This document shows positions 36,206 to 47,045 of a stretch of DNA of 64,000 nucleotides, in pieces. Every line of letters starts with the position of its first letter. Position 1 is the first letter of the stretch. The notes under the pieces were generated by a model. It worked only from the letters and a program-made list of their open reading frames with translations. It did no database searches and had not been told where the DNA came from. Made by a program: the position numbers and the translations under genes. The stretch comes from Perkinsus chesapeaki ATCC PRA-425 (Eukaryota; Protista; Perkinsozoa), in contig JAAPAO010000106.1 of the NCBI GenBank assembly GCA_013115145.1, positions 11,998 through 75,997 on the forward strand, given 5' to 3'.

Positions 36206-37773
36206 TTACTCCGCAGTGCCCATAAGGTTGAAGTCGAATATATCTCTACTAGGATCGTGCAGATGGTCATCAAGGTCGTAGAGGTCGACGTATCGTAGTG
36301 AAGATATCATATCAATCACTTCATCACCTAGCATGAATCATGATTTAACAAAAGTGTGGTATGACTTACCAGCCCCTTCCGGTGGCACGGCAGCACAGTC
36401 GGATGAATCTTTTTTCAAGCCCTCAGATGAGTAACCAACTAGGGTAACCTTCTTGGATCGAACTGGCATCTAAACAAAGATCCCAAAATAATATTTTTTC
36501 GCTCAAGTTTTGTGAGTTGAAATTTTCAAACGTGACAGTAAACAGTAAATCGATCAACCGTTTCATGACTAACTATTGATATCTCGGCACGCGGAACCTG
36601 TATTAGCTGCGTCCAGTTGATAAGGAATATCACTACTTTCGAGAAGGGAGTGTTATGACTCCGCACAGCTTGCAGTATACCGAATAGTCTAACTCAGAAT
36701 TCCTGAGCGTCGAGCATACTATCTGATTTTCAACGTCAAGAACGGAAAAACGGTATAATTTTGATTAATACTTCGAATTTAAAACTGTCATGGGTTTGTG
36801 CAGAAGACTCCAGGATTCTATCCACCACTGGGAAAGGCTTCTAAGTTCAAACGCTTTCCTCTAGCACCATTTGAGAGTCTACGAGGTTGAAGCTCGAATC
36901 AGTGAACCAAAAAGATATCCCCACTTACACAGTATACAATAACCGCGCCATATTTCCCGAGAGCACTAGCCATCTGACGCACTGCTGCAGTAGGCTTAGA
37001 TGACGAGGTGTAACTGATCACTAGTAACCAAGTGAAAGTATTATATTACTACATAGCCAGAATCTTAAGGCTCCCCTTCTTATCACAGTACGTCTGAACC
37101 AGGGACAACCCCAGCTTCATAACAGGGGTCCCAATTACACCACAGTGAAATAAAGGCACTGCCTCGGTTATTTGATCTGGTAATAATAAATACTATAATA
37201 ATAACGTAAATAATACTACCTTCTGAAGGCCCCAATAACAAACCAACGACTTCATCCTGCTCGTGCCTGAATATACAGTACTCATCTCTCAACTTCCTAT
37301 ATAATACGGCGCGGCCCCCGGCGGATGACGAAGGCTTCCCGTATTTCACTATGTGTAACCAAAAGTGGGTTGAATACATACAACTTGGTTCGATAATAAC
37401 AACAATGAGCCGTAGACTGTTCCAATATAAAACTAGTAGTAGTAGTTAAAGAAAATATGTGTAATCACGGACGACATATAATCTTGCCTGCTTGCCAGGG
37501 AATGGTTACAAAAAATACAAAATTCATATCTTGATGAAAATAGGTGTGAATATCACCAATGACAGCGATCCTGCCGATTCTTTCGTTCAACATTAATTCC
37601 CTTTTTCTACCCGACAGTCCATTAGTCGATCCTTGAAAGTAGAGACAACTGTGAGCACTGTGTGTAATAGTATACCACCATTTACCCCTCCCGCCCCTAA
37701 TATATTACTTAACAGCATGCAGCTGTGGCTTAGCGTAGGCCTCTAGACTAAAGGTCTGCTTAGTTGGTGACAT
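36206..37773 (-). CDS. EMC8: ER membrane complex subunit 8/9 (UPF0172), multi-exon
   Basis: Spliced EAYAKPQLHAVK|HEQDEVVGLLLG, AVPLFHCG...PVMKLGLSLVQTYC and C-terminal VDLYDLDDHLHDPSRD. Confidence 0.8.
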
Positions 37774-38599
37774 ATAACAATAGTTAAAACTGTTTTATTA
37801 ATAGAAGTCAGTGATGATGTAATGTCGATGTGTTGTAGAAATGACAAACAAATCCAGGTTGGAAAGAGTCAGAGAAGCAAGGTGCAAATACTACCGCAGA
37901 CCGCTATTATATGTTTTATTGGTTTTTAGTAATTTATATACCATAATCAGTGATACTACGATTACTAGTAAAAAGTTACTTGTAAAAATTCTTCATATTT
38001 GTTTACTATTAAGAGTATCCCTATTTATAACCACTTCAACTCAATAACTCGACCCTCCTGGTGATAGTAACAGAAATGCCATTGTATACAGTTTGTTATC
38101 ATTAGTATTAATCACTCTGTCGAAATTGAGGTAGCGCTGTCGAGCCCATATCTTTCAAGTCCTTCGTGAACTGGTCGAATATACTTGCATTCAGGGCCTA
38201 TAAACGAAGACAACCAGCTATAAATCAACACTGTTAATAATCAACTTTGCCGATACAGAGAATCCCATGGCACTACTTCCGAAAGTAAAACTCATGAGTA
38301 TGATATAGCAGATATCAAACAGAAGCTATAGAAAAGGGTTTATATAAATATAATTAAGTGACATCAATAATTATTAATATAATATCCAAAAAACATTATC
38401 GACTAGACCACAATATCATATTAATTCGAAGTACAGAACTTCTATTGCCACGCATGTGGGAGCATATACAAGCAACGGTGATATCGGTTATGTAACTAGT
38501 ATTGAGGATGACCGAGCCGAAGTACAGTAGTAAGAAAATAGTAATGTTCCCGGTGAAGTTCGGTGAAGGTATATCCTATCACACTGGGACACCTTCGTT

Positions 38600-39340
38600 A
38601 AAGAGACAGATATATATTTTAGTAACAAAAAGCAGTTACTGGTATTATACTGTAATAAAAAAAACATACACTAGTGACAAATTAATATTAATGATTACGA
38701 ACAGGAATAATAGTTATAATTATTAGAACTATCCCAATCTGAGTTCCCATTATTAGGCACTCCTCGCCCTCCCTTTATTACCTCACTCCACCATTTTTTA
38801 CCGTCTTTCATTTCTGGGGCAAAGTATCCAGGTCCACTGATGGGAGAGGAGTACCAAAGCTGATGAAGATATTGTGAAACTATTCAAAACAGCAATCACA
38901 TTACAAGCTTGCTGGCGTCATGCTTGTTAATAACAAAAGTCTGACCGTCGTCTGTTTCTACCTCCAACACTCCACCGTCGTGGAGATCTACGCCCGATAT
39001 CTTTGATCCTAAAGTTCATTATAAAACACAACCTACGGCGATTTTAATACCGTCTTTTTCACAGGCCTGGTCAACAGCATCAAAAAGAGTATCCAATACT
39101 CCATCAGCCCGGGAATCATACTCATCACCGTCCATCTCGATGGCATCTGAGGGTGTCACCTAATTGAACATGATTGGAGGAAAGAGCGGTATGACTTACC
39201 GAGCCATGATGCATTTCTGTAGAGAAGAATCTACCTGCCGTTGTTGCTGTTGCTCTTGAAGCTACTGTTGTGAATGCCCCTCTGGCAAGAATTCTGGAGC
39301 AGCTCCTGGCGGCAGACTGGCGAACGAGGCTTGCGAACAT
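38600..39340 (-). CDS. FXN: Frataxin (CyaY family) with mitochondrial-type presequence; 3' end unresolved
   Basis: EYDSRADGVLDTLFDAV, GVLEVETDDGQTFVINKH and QLWYSSPISGP motifs; R/S/A-rich N-terminus. Confidence 0.85.
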
Positions 39341-39600
39341 TTAAGAGGATAAATTAATAAAAACACTCCACCATTAACAATTTTGCCGTTATTAGTTATA
39401 ACTAGGCAACTTAGATTAAAAATTTTTCAATCCAAATCGATCATCAGTGATTTTGAAACTCAGGTGCACTGGATTGATGCTTCGCTTTTAAGCCTGAAGT
39501 TCAAACGGTGTAGACAGACTCTGCCCACTAAAAACAAAATACAATTTCCAGATCAGAAATTTTGAGAATGTTGAAGTATAATGTTTGTCATTAAAAAGTC

Positions 39601-41178
39601 TCATGACGCAGCTGCTCCGCTTTCTTGGTCCAATATAGGAGCGTACAGGGTTAATCTCCTACGACTCCGCCACGCCTCCACAGCTGATACCGCTCTCTTC
39701 CCCAAGCCTCTAAAACTTAACAATATGACCATGGTAACATAAGTACAGCATAGGATAGGCAGTAGGTCCCCTATTATAGTATATATAGTCCCAGAGCCAC
39801 CAAGCTGTACTTCACCAACTAGAGCATTTTCAAGGGCCTCTGTGCTTTGGAAATGTGCCACTACCTTCCCTTTGCCGTCTACTATGGCCGAGTCCCATGC
39901 CCCGTCTGCTTTAACAATTGGTATATTATTCTCGATCGCTCTAAGAACACTCACACCATAATGATTACGCATGGCACTCCAGTCATTCGACGGATTTAGT
40001 ATAATCGATGCCCCCAGAGCAGCGAGTTCTCTAGCTGTAGCAGTAAAGTCCATATCGTAACAGATAAGAGTTCCGGCTTTTCCTATAGTGCCAGACACAG
40101 GGACATCTGAAGTGATAGAGCCCATAGATGAGGGCAGATGAAATAGAGGATAACCGTATTTAGCAGAGCTCTTCTCTCCTGCAACCCAGAAAGGATACTG
40201 CTTACCATAAACACTAATAACTTGACCTTCGTTATTTATAGTGATAGCTAGATTTTGTTGAGGGTAAACAGTAGCTCCTAATGTTAGGAAAATACCTAAT
40301 CGTTCAACCACAGGAGATATCTGTTTGTCTATATAAAGATGGAGACTAGATTGATCAGAGAAGCCACTAAGCCATGCCTCGGGCCATACTACTATCTTGG
40401 CTCTACCATCTCCAGCGGCCCATTCGGTCAGGTTTAGCATGCGCTCCACGCTACCGTTGCAGGGCAGGCGACCACCCACATGGATGATCTCCGATCGGCC
40501 TCCACAAGCGTTAGGTAGGAGAGCTCCAGGTGTGATAGTGGCAACTGTGATGGCTTCTCGACCGACGTTATGGTCTACTGAGAATAATAATATGCTTACC
40601 ACAACCCAGACGGTAAGGTCAAACGCTGCCCTAGTTATGTACTTGTAATTTTTAGATGATACAAATGACGCTATAGAAGCGTTGGTGTACATTACCATGA
40701 GCTCAAGGCCAAAGACACCGAAGATTGATATTGGCTGGAGTAAAGCAGGCGCTACATATAGAGGAGTGCACAGGAGCTCGAAAGTACCCAAAGGGCCACT
40801 GAGGCCATACCACATAGCTGTCCACAGAATAGAGCAACGGAGAGGCTCTGATTTGGTATTAGGTTGAGCGAAGACCAGCTTATCTATTATCACTAATATA
40901 GACCATAAACCTGCTATAACTATTCCAAGACATAGACCTATTAAAAGAGGGAAGCCTTGGATTGAGCATCTTATCATAGCTGTTACCGGAAAAACTATAA
41001 GTACTGTTATAGGGGCCTTGTCTTGAGCAACAAGTAGGGGTACTAGAGCTATAAAGCACAAAGGCCAGAGCTCAATTATAGTACTAGTAGTCGGTAAATG
41101 GACAGATCTACAGTTATCTAATATAGCAGTCGACAATCCTAATAGTAACAATCTCCATGGTGGGAATTGAAGCCTCAT
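39601..41178 (-). CDS. lnt: Apolipoprotein N-acyltransferase (Lnt)-like membrane nitrilase-family enzyme, intronless
   Basis: N-terminal multi-TM region, then a CN-hydrolase domain with an E-K-C triad (IVVWPEA, YGKQYP, LICYD), SNDW, LRAIENNIPIVKADGAW and a C-terminal TIYTIIGD plus TM segment. Confidence 0.8.
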   Translation of the reverse strand: MRLQFPPWRLLLLGLSTAILDNCRSVHLPTTSTIIELWPLCFIALVPLLVAQDKAPITVLIVFPVTAMIRCSIQGFPLLIGLCLGIVIAGLWSILVIIDKLVFAQPNTKSEPLRCSILWTAMWYGLSGPLGTFELLCTPLYVAPALLQPISIFGVFGLELMVMYTNASIASFVSSKNYKYITRAAFDLTVWVVVSILLFSVDHNVGREAITVATITPGALLPNACGGRSEIIHVGGRLPCNGSVERMLNLTEWAAGDGRAKIVVWPEAWLSGFSDQSSLHLYIDKQISPVVERLGIFLTLGATVYPQQNLAITINNEGQVISVYGKQYPFWVAGEKSSAKYGYPLFHLPSSMGSITSDVPVSGTIGKAGTLICYDMDFTATARELAALGASIILNPSNDWSAMRNHYGVSVLRAIENNIPIVKADGAWDSAIVDGKGKVVAHFQSTEALENALVGEVQLGGSGTIYTIIGDLLPILCCTYVTMVILLSFRGLGKRAVSAVEAWRSRRRLTLYAPILDQESGAAAS

Positions 41179-41274
41179 AAGATAATAACCTGGAGGACAT
41201 CAATTCATCTAAGAACCGACGAAGCCAGTACAACATGATAAGATACGCTGAGGCAAGCGAAAAAGTTTGCAAAC

Positions 41275-41346
41275 TGTCCAGCCCGAGATTCGAACTCGGA
41301 GCCTAGGGCACGAAAGTCGGCCGCTCTACCGCTACGCCAAACCGAC
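41275..41346 (-). pseudogene. 72-nt tRNA-like pseudogene (nominal TTC anticodon) upstream of lnt
   Basis: GTCGGTT TG GCGT AGCGGTA GAGC G GCCGA CTTTCGT GCCCT AGGCT CCGAG TTCGAAT CTCGG GCTGGAC A. Canonical spacing, A and B boxes and a perfect T-arm, but the anticodon stem is largely unpaired. Confidence 0.75.
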
Positions 41347-41784
41347 GGAAATTCCGAAACTTATTTTTTCGGAGGCCGTTTGTTAGCCCACTTTCGAATT
41401 CAATAACTTGCATGATTCAAGAGAATGTGTTCCACATAGAGATGCCCATATAGTCATCTGGTTATACTCAAAAGGAGACGATATGAGAAGGTGAGACGAA
41501 GCCAAGACATGAATAGCCAAAAAATTGACACCCGCGGCCGTACTACTTGATAAATTAGGGCTGCCGGGGGTGTCAAATTCTGAGTCAACATTTTTGACCG
41601 TCAAAAATGTTGACTCAAAATTTGATTTATTGGTTGCAAGTTTCATCCCGGGCAATTAGTTGATGACTTTAGTGTGATAGTGGAGGATACCCCATATAGA
41701 AGGAATTGGTATTAATAGAGTACGCACGATACTCAAGATACTGCATGTTCATTATTTTTCGGAGTGCATTTTTAACACAATTCC

Positions 41785-42116
41785 ATCACACACTAGCGAT
41801 GTCCTGTTGTATATACTGTTACTAGGCAGCCATCCCATGGTCGCTTGGAGCTTGAAGAGGCTGAAGGATTGAAATTGTAAAGTCTTGAATCATTCGAGAG
41901 AATGTGCCTCGCATAGAGATCTCCGTGTGATCGACTGACTCCTTACAAAGTCGCCAACGTAACATATTATTCGCCAATTGTAGTAGGAAGGTCATCAGTG
42001 ATGAAATTCTGACATATCTGAACAATCCACTTGAAGCCTCGTGACAGACTGGCACGGATCGTCGCGACTATCATACACTAGCGCTGTCCTGTTGTTGTAT
42101 ATATTGTTACTAGGCA
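41785..42116 (+). repeat. Imperfect direct repeat pair of about 45 bp (41785-41828 and 42070-42116)
   Basis: ATCACACACTAGCGATGTCCTGTTG---TATATACTGTTACTAGGCA versus ATCATACACTAGCGCTGTCCTGTTGTTGTATATATTGTTACTAGGCA. Confidence 0.85.
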
Positions 42117-42139
42117 ATTGCCGTATAGTCTCCTCTGTA

Positions 42140-43721
42140 ATGTCGGTAAGCTCAGTCAGTGACGGCATAAGCTGCCCACCAGAGATGAGCTTGAGTGAGA
42201 AGATGAAGGCTCTAGAGCCCCAAGAAGACCTCCTTAAACCTAATCCACATAGATATGTCCTCTTCCCGGTTCATTATGATGCTATATGGAAAATGTAGGC
42301 TTATATTAACAAGTATCTTTCGCTATCCCTTATTCAGGTATAAGCAGCACGAAGCTTCGTTCTGGACAGCTGAGGAGATAGATTTGGGTCAGGATCTTAG
42401 GGATTGGGACAACCTCAGTGACAAGGAGCAGCACTTCATCAAGAATGTAAGCACTTCTCATAGCAGAGTTCTCAGCAACTACTTGAGCAGGTGTTGGCAT
42501 TTTTCGCGGCAAGTGACGGTATTGTTATGGAGAACCTAGCTTCCAAGTTCTCCTGTGAAGTACAGATACCCGAGGCCAGGGCATTTTACGGCTTCCAGAC
42601 GGGGATGGAGACCATACATTCTGAGACGTAAGATAATTCCTGTTTAGTACTGCTACTACCTATCTCCCGACAGTTCTCAAAGATGCTACTACTACCTCCT
42701 CAGTTACTCGTTACTCATCGACACCTTTATTGATGATGCTCAAGAGAAGGAGCGTATCTTCGAGGCTATCGAGACGATCCCCTCGGTGCAACATAAAGCT
42801 GAGTGGGCTCTAGCCTGGATCAATGACGACAACTGTTTTGCTGAGAGACTGGTAAGGGATAACCACAACAGTGCTGTGCTGTAATGGCGTCCTCTTTAGG
42901 TGGCCTATGCATGTGTCGAAGGTATCCTATTTTCTGGATCGTTCTGTGCGTTGTTTTGGCTTAAGAAGCGAGGACTTATGCCTGGTTTGACATTCTCAAA
43001 TGAGCAGATATCTCGTGATGAAGGTAAGCTACCTTGGTGATGTACATTGTCAATGAAATGCCATGGGTAGGAGTGAAGTTTTTCAGAAGTATGCATTAAT
43101 ATATCATCATCATTCGGTTAATAACATATCTATTACTATATTACCATCAATAACATATCTATTACTACCGTTATTCCCTCTGATTAGGTCTTCATACCGA
43201 CTTCAGCTGTCTATTATATAATATGTTAAAGTATACTAGACTACCTGAGGATCGAGTACATGATATTGTTAGAGTAAGCACACACACCACCAAAAAGAGT
43301 ATCTTATGAAAATTCTTCAGAGTGCGGTTACCGTCGAAAGGGAGTTCATCACCGATTCCCTCCCCGTCGGTTTAATCGGTATGAATTCTGACCTTATGTG
43401 CCGCTACATTGAATTTGTTGCAGATAGATTGTTAGTGGTAATAATATTAATAATACCGTATTTCCGTCAAATCATCGTCAGGCGCTGGGGTACAATAAGA
43501 CGTACTTCAGCACTAATCCATTTGATTGGATGTCAATGATATCCATGCAAGGGAAGACTAACTTCTTCGAGAAAAGAGTTGGTAAGGGCATTTTCATACC
43601 AGCTTTCTGCCAACTCTTATCAGGGGAATACCAGAAGCACGGCGTGATGGCGTCAGTTGCGGCCTCCGGCGGTGATTCCTCGGAAAACGGCGCCGAGTTC
43701 TCGTTGGATGAAGATTTCTAA
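42140..43721 (+). CDS. RRM2: Ribonucleoside-diphosphate reductase small subunit, multi-exon
   Basis: [57 protein letters not shown] and [16 protein letters not shown]. Confidence 0.97.
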
Positions 43722-43749
43722 ACCTTACCGTAATTGGTATGAAGCTTAG

Positions 43750-45406
43750 TAATGGTCAGTAGGACCACTGGTACATTCCTTGGCTGTGAGTATCTTATTA
43801 TTGTTGTTGTCATTGAACCACGTTATCAGATTTCTTATTGAAAGTGGTATTGTGTGAATAGTGCAGACTGGCAAGTGTAATATGGATTCCAACACAAAGA
43901 AGAACAAATGAGCTTATCACTGCTGAAGTGTCATCAATGTTGATGCACTTTATTGATCGCAAGTATATCCCATAATAGTGATAATCTTACTACTAATCTT
44001 CAATTATAAATATATCACATTCTCAGCAACTTACGTTTTCTGAGGATTTGGGATATATATAACATATCTCGCCGTTCTGACCATCTGATCACTTAATCCA
44101 ATTCATAGACTCAATTCTTTGCAATGTCCTCCTCTTTAATTAATGAAGTAGATGAAAACGTTGAAGTAAATAATACTCTGTATCGTCTCTGTACCAAACC
44201 AATCTTCAGTCCCTTCAACGTTTAAAGCTTCACGCAGCAGCAACCTGTAGTGAAGATATTTCAGACGAACTAGCCCAGGCCTTTTGGAAGTAGGGCGCTT
44301 GCCGTTTACTAATTTGGCTTATGATTTTCAAATTTCAAGTTGGTCGTCAACCTGTGCGATAGAAACTTTTCATAAAGCTTCATAAACTGAGTAGTAGTTG
44401 TGGTAGGTTGGTGCTAGAAGGCTCAGCTTGCATCTCCTACCTGAGGAGGATCTGCGTGGATCGTCAAAGTCGATTAAGTGACGAATCCTCATGGGAAACG
44501 GAGAGCTCATTTACATCCTCCACGGAGCAGGATGGTTAGAGAGGGAACCGATTGAGTAGATGGCAGTGTTGTAGGTGACTTTATACCGTGGCTCGATGAC
44601 ACACCGTCGGTCAGTAGACAACCGATTTATAGTGGAAATAGCGGAATGCAACCCCAGGTAAGGTTATGGTATTACGGAAAATATTTTCCTTGAAATGTTC
44701 AATAATTTGACAAATAAGTTAATTAAATATATCATCCCATTTCCAGTCGCAACTGCATCCCACAGCACGACAGAATCCATCCTCATCCTCATCATCATCG
44801 CCATCAGTCTCACCGCAGTCATCACAATCTTCGTTTGAATCCGGTAGCCATCATCTGCTCTGGCACCGTTTTAACTATTTATTTTAGTGTCATCATCCAC
44901 GCTAATGATAGAAGGGGCGAACCGACCACCCGCAGATAAAGAACCAGCTGAACTGGTCGGATATGATAGACTCTTCAACTTCCTATTTCATTCTGAATCT
45001 CAGGGTAGACCGTCTCTTGATGAGCCGATTGCTGTAACACAGCCACTGCAGCCATCTGATGTTGCCCTGCCAACAATGGCCCTTACAGTGGGCGATCCCG
45101 GTAAGTGAGTCATATCCCACTTAGTAGTAATTTTTACTATGATAAAAAATACTGTAAAATATCTCCTTAGTAATCATAGAACATTCCCGTCGTGAGTCAT
45201 CTGATGACGGCTTGAAAATTATAATATTGAATAAAACAGGATATTGCTGTGAAGGAATTAGAAGTAGAATAATATACCTTATAATAGACGAGCAAGTTAA
45301 TAGTCCAATGCCGCCAAATCACGGGAATCTAAGTTCAATCGGATCAATCTCGGATCAACCTTGGATATGCGATGGTGATGTTGAAAACGGTGATCGCAAA
45401 AAATGA
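43750..45406 (+). CDS. Hypothetical multi-exon protein; 5' end uncertain
   Basis: Phase-consistent exons ...SLQRLKLHAAATCSEDISDELAQAFWK, LVLEGSACISYLRRICVDRQ, DFIPWLDDTP, SQLHPTARQ, SSSTLMIEG, ending ...GDRKK*. Confidence 0.55.
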
Positions 45407-45471
45407 TATATGTTGGAATCTCAGTCTAAGTCTTAGCGATTTAATACTGTCGGTGTTCTATAGATAATATA

Positions 45472-46830
45472 ATGTCAGCAGGTGGAGGCTCATGTGCTGC
45501 AACAATAGCATCATTGAGCGACTTTCCTCCAGAACTGAAGATTAATGGGAAAGAAGAGCTACTACCGAGACCACAGGCATATCAGGACACTGCGTGGATG
45601 AAGTTCGCCGCCAGTAAGGGTTCACGAGCAACATTATTTATTATTATATTTAGATAACGATCAAGAGCAAGATAAGACAGAACGTGTACCCAGGGTAAGA
45701 GGAGTTACTTTTTTAGTGGCTGTCGTCGCGGAGCGTAGCAAAATGCTGCTATTACTTGTTGTTCATGCGTGCGTCTGTAATCGGCCTTCCGTAGCTTTAA
45801 GTTAAAGGTACGGAAGGTCATTAATCGTCACGCCTTGAGCCTCTAAGTATAGGGATACTAGGAATGATAGGAGAACCCCGGTAACATTAGATCCTACTAG
45901 TTTGCGAGTGAAAACGTTTTTTTCTTGCCAAAATGATGGGCATGGGATTCGAACCCGCGACCGCCTTGCGTTTCGTATCGAACTGCAAAGCATCCAGAAT
46001 TTCACCGCGAACGCTCGGGCGGTTTTTGTATATTATTAACTCGTCGTAATTAGAACCGGAACCCCGGGACAAAATATGATATTTTTCCATTATTTTTTCA
46101 ACTCGGCGCCGAGTTTGAGAATCAGTTGCATTTTATTAATTGTAATGTAATTATTCCGTAAAGTGGTTCACGTGAAGTAGATCAAGATTCGCTTTTAATT
46201 TGTCATAGGCGGTCCCACCTCAGGTGAGTGGCCGGCCCTCCAGTGACAGTAGCGGTAAACATCCACCCAGTAGTAAGTCTCCGTTGACTTTCTGTTATCA
46301 AGATCTATAAGTCCGATATTATATTAATTATACTATATTGAACATACCGGTTCATCGGCGACTTTCATTTTCATATCATATTTCCGAATGAAGGCGTTAG
46401 AGTACTATCTCGTCTTATCAACTCTCTCGATCCGAAATACGCTAGATCTACATCAAAACTGTCTCTTCCTGCTGCATGCCGGCCCATCTGTCCCCTTCTA
46501 GGGCCAACTGCATCTCGACGGAGCAGTTCTCAGATGACGCCGATCCGCTGCCAAGAACCACTGTTCACGGTGGGGAAATTTGGCATGACAGGCTGGATGG
46601 TATTGTTATTATTAGGATGATGATGATGAGATGACAGACTTTGTGGTGCCTCAGTTGGATGAAGAGTTAGATGATGATGGTGAGTGGACAGCTGGGGGCA
46701 ATCTATCTTCGTAGAAGTATCTTACCTGTACGAAACTAACGCGGTGAAGATATAAAGCAAACTCTTTGCCTGGACCGGAAGGATTCATCAAATACTGGGA
46801 CTAACATTTCTCAACGGAGACAGTTACGGT
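45472..46830 (+). CDS. Hypothetical gene(s); exon structure beyond about 45700 uncertain
   Basis: MSAGGGSCAATIAS...AASK|DNDQEQDKTERVPR| plus further open, splice-bounded segments. Confidence 0.35.
45934..45997 (-). pseudogene. Decayed tRNA-like element; intronic or intergenic status unclear
   Basis: ...GGCGGTC GCGGG TTCGAAT CCCAT GCCCCATC A followed by TTTT. Confidence 0.7.
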
Positions 46831-47045
46831 GTCGTCGGCATCTCTTCACGAAATCGATTTTTGCGGTTCAAGTCGATCTGAAATTCTCGGATCCGCCGAA
46901 GAAAATCCCGCGGAATTTCGGCGTAAGAGTTTTTTTTCGCTCTCTGTATCGCCTCCGCCCGATTCGGCATTCCTAAACTTTTTCGGGATTTTTAATAATT
47001 TCTAAAGTAGGGTTTCTATATATCTCTATCGGTAGCTTTACTGTG

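Noticed and set aside
36445-36470. GCCAGTTCGATCCAAG B-box-like word in the EMC8 region
   Set aside because: It lacks a recognisable stem, acceptor strand and T-tract, and the local exon structure is unresolved.
24743-41346. Calling the 24743 and 41275 elements functional tRNA genes
   Set aside because: Anticodon and/or acceptor and T stems have multiple mismatches, so they are recorded as pseudogene-like.
43120-43167. 19-bp direct repeat in an RRM2 intron
   Set aside because: A simple local slippage duplication in AT-rich intron sequence.
44841-44865. CCGGTAGCCATC resemblance to the spliced leader
   Set aside because: It spans a cis exon/intron junction of an internal exon, and the match is short.
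46100-46115. Perfect 16-bp palindrome AACTCGGCGCCGAGTT
   Set aside because: About one such palindrome is expected by chance in 64 kb (4^-8 per position), and no second copy was seen.
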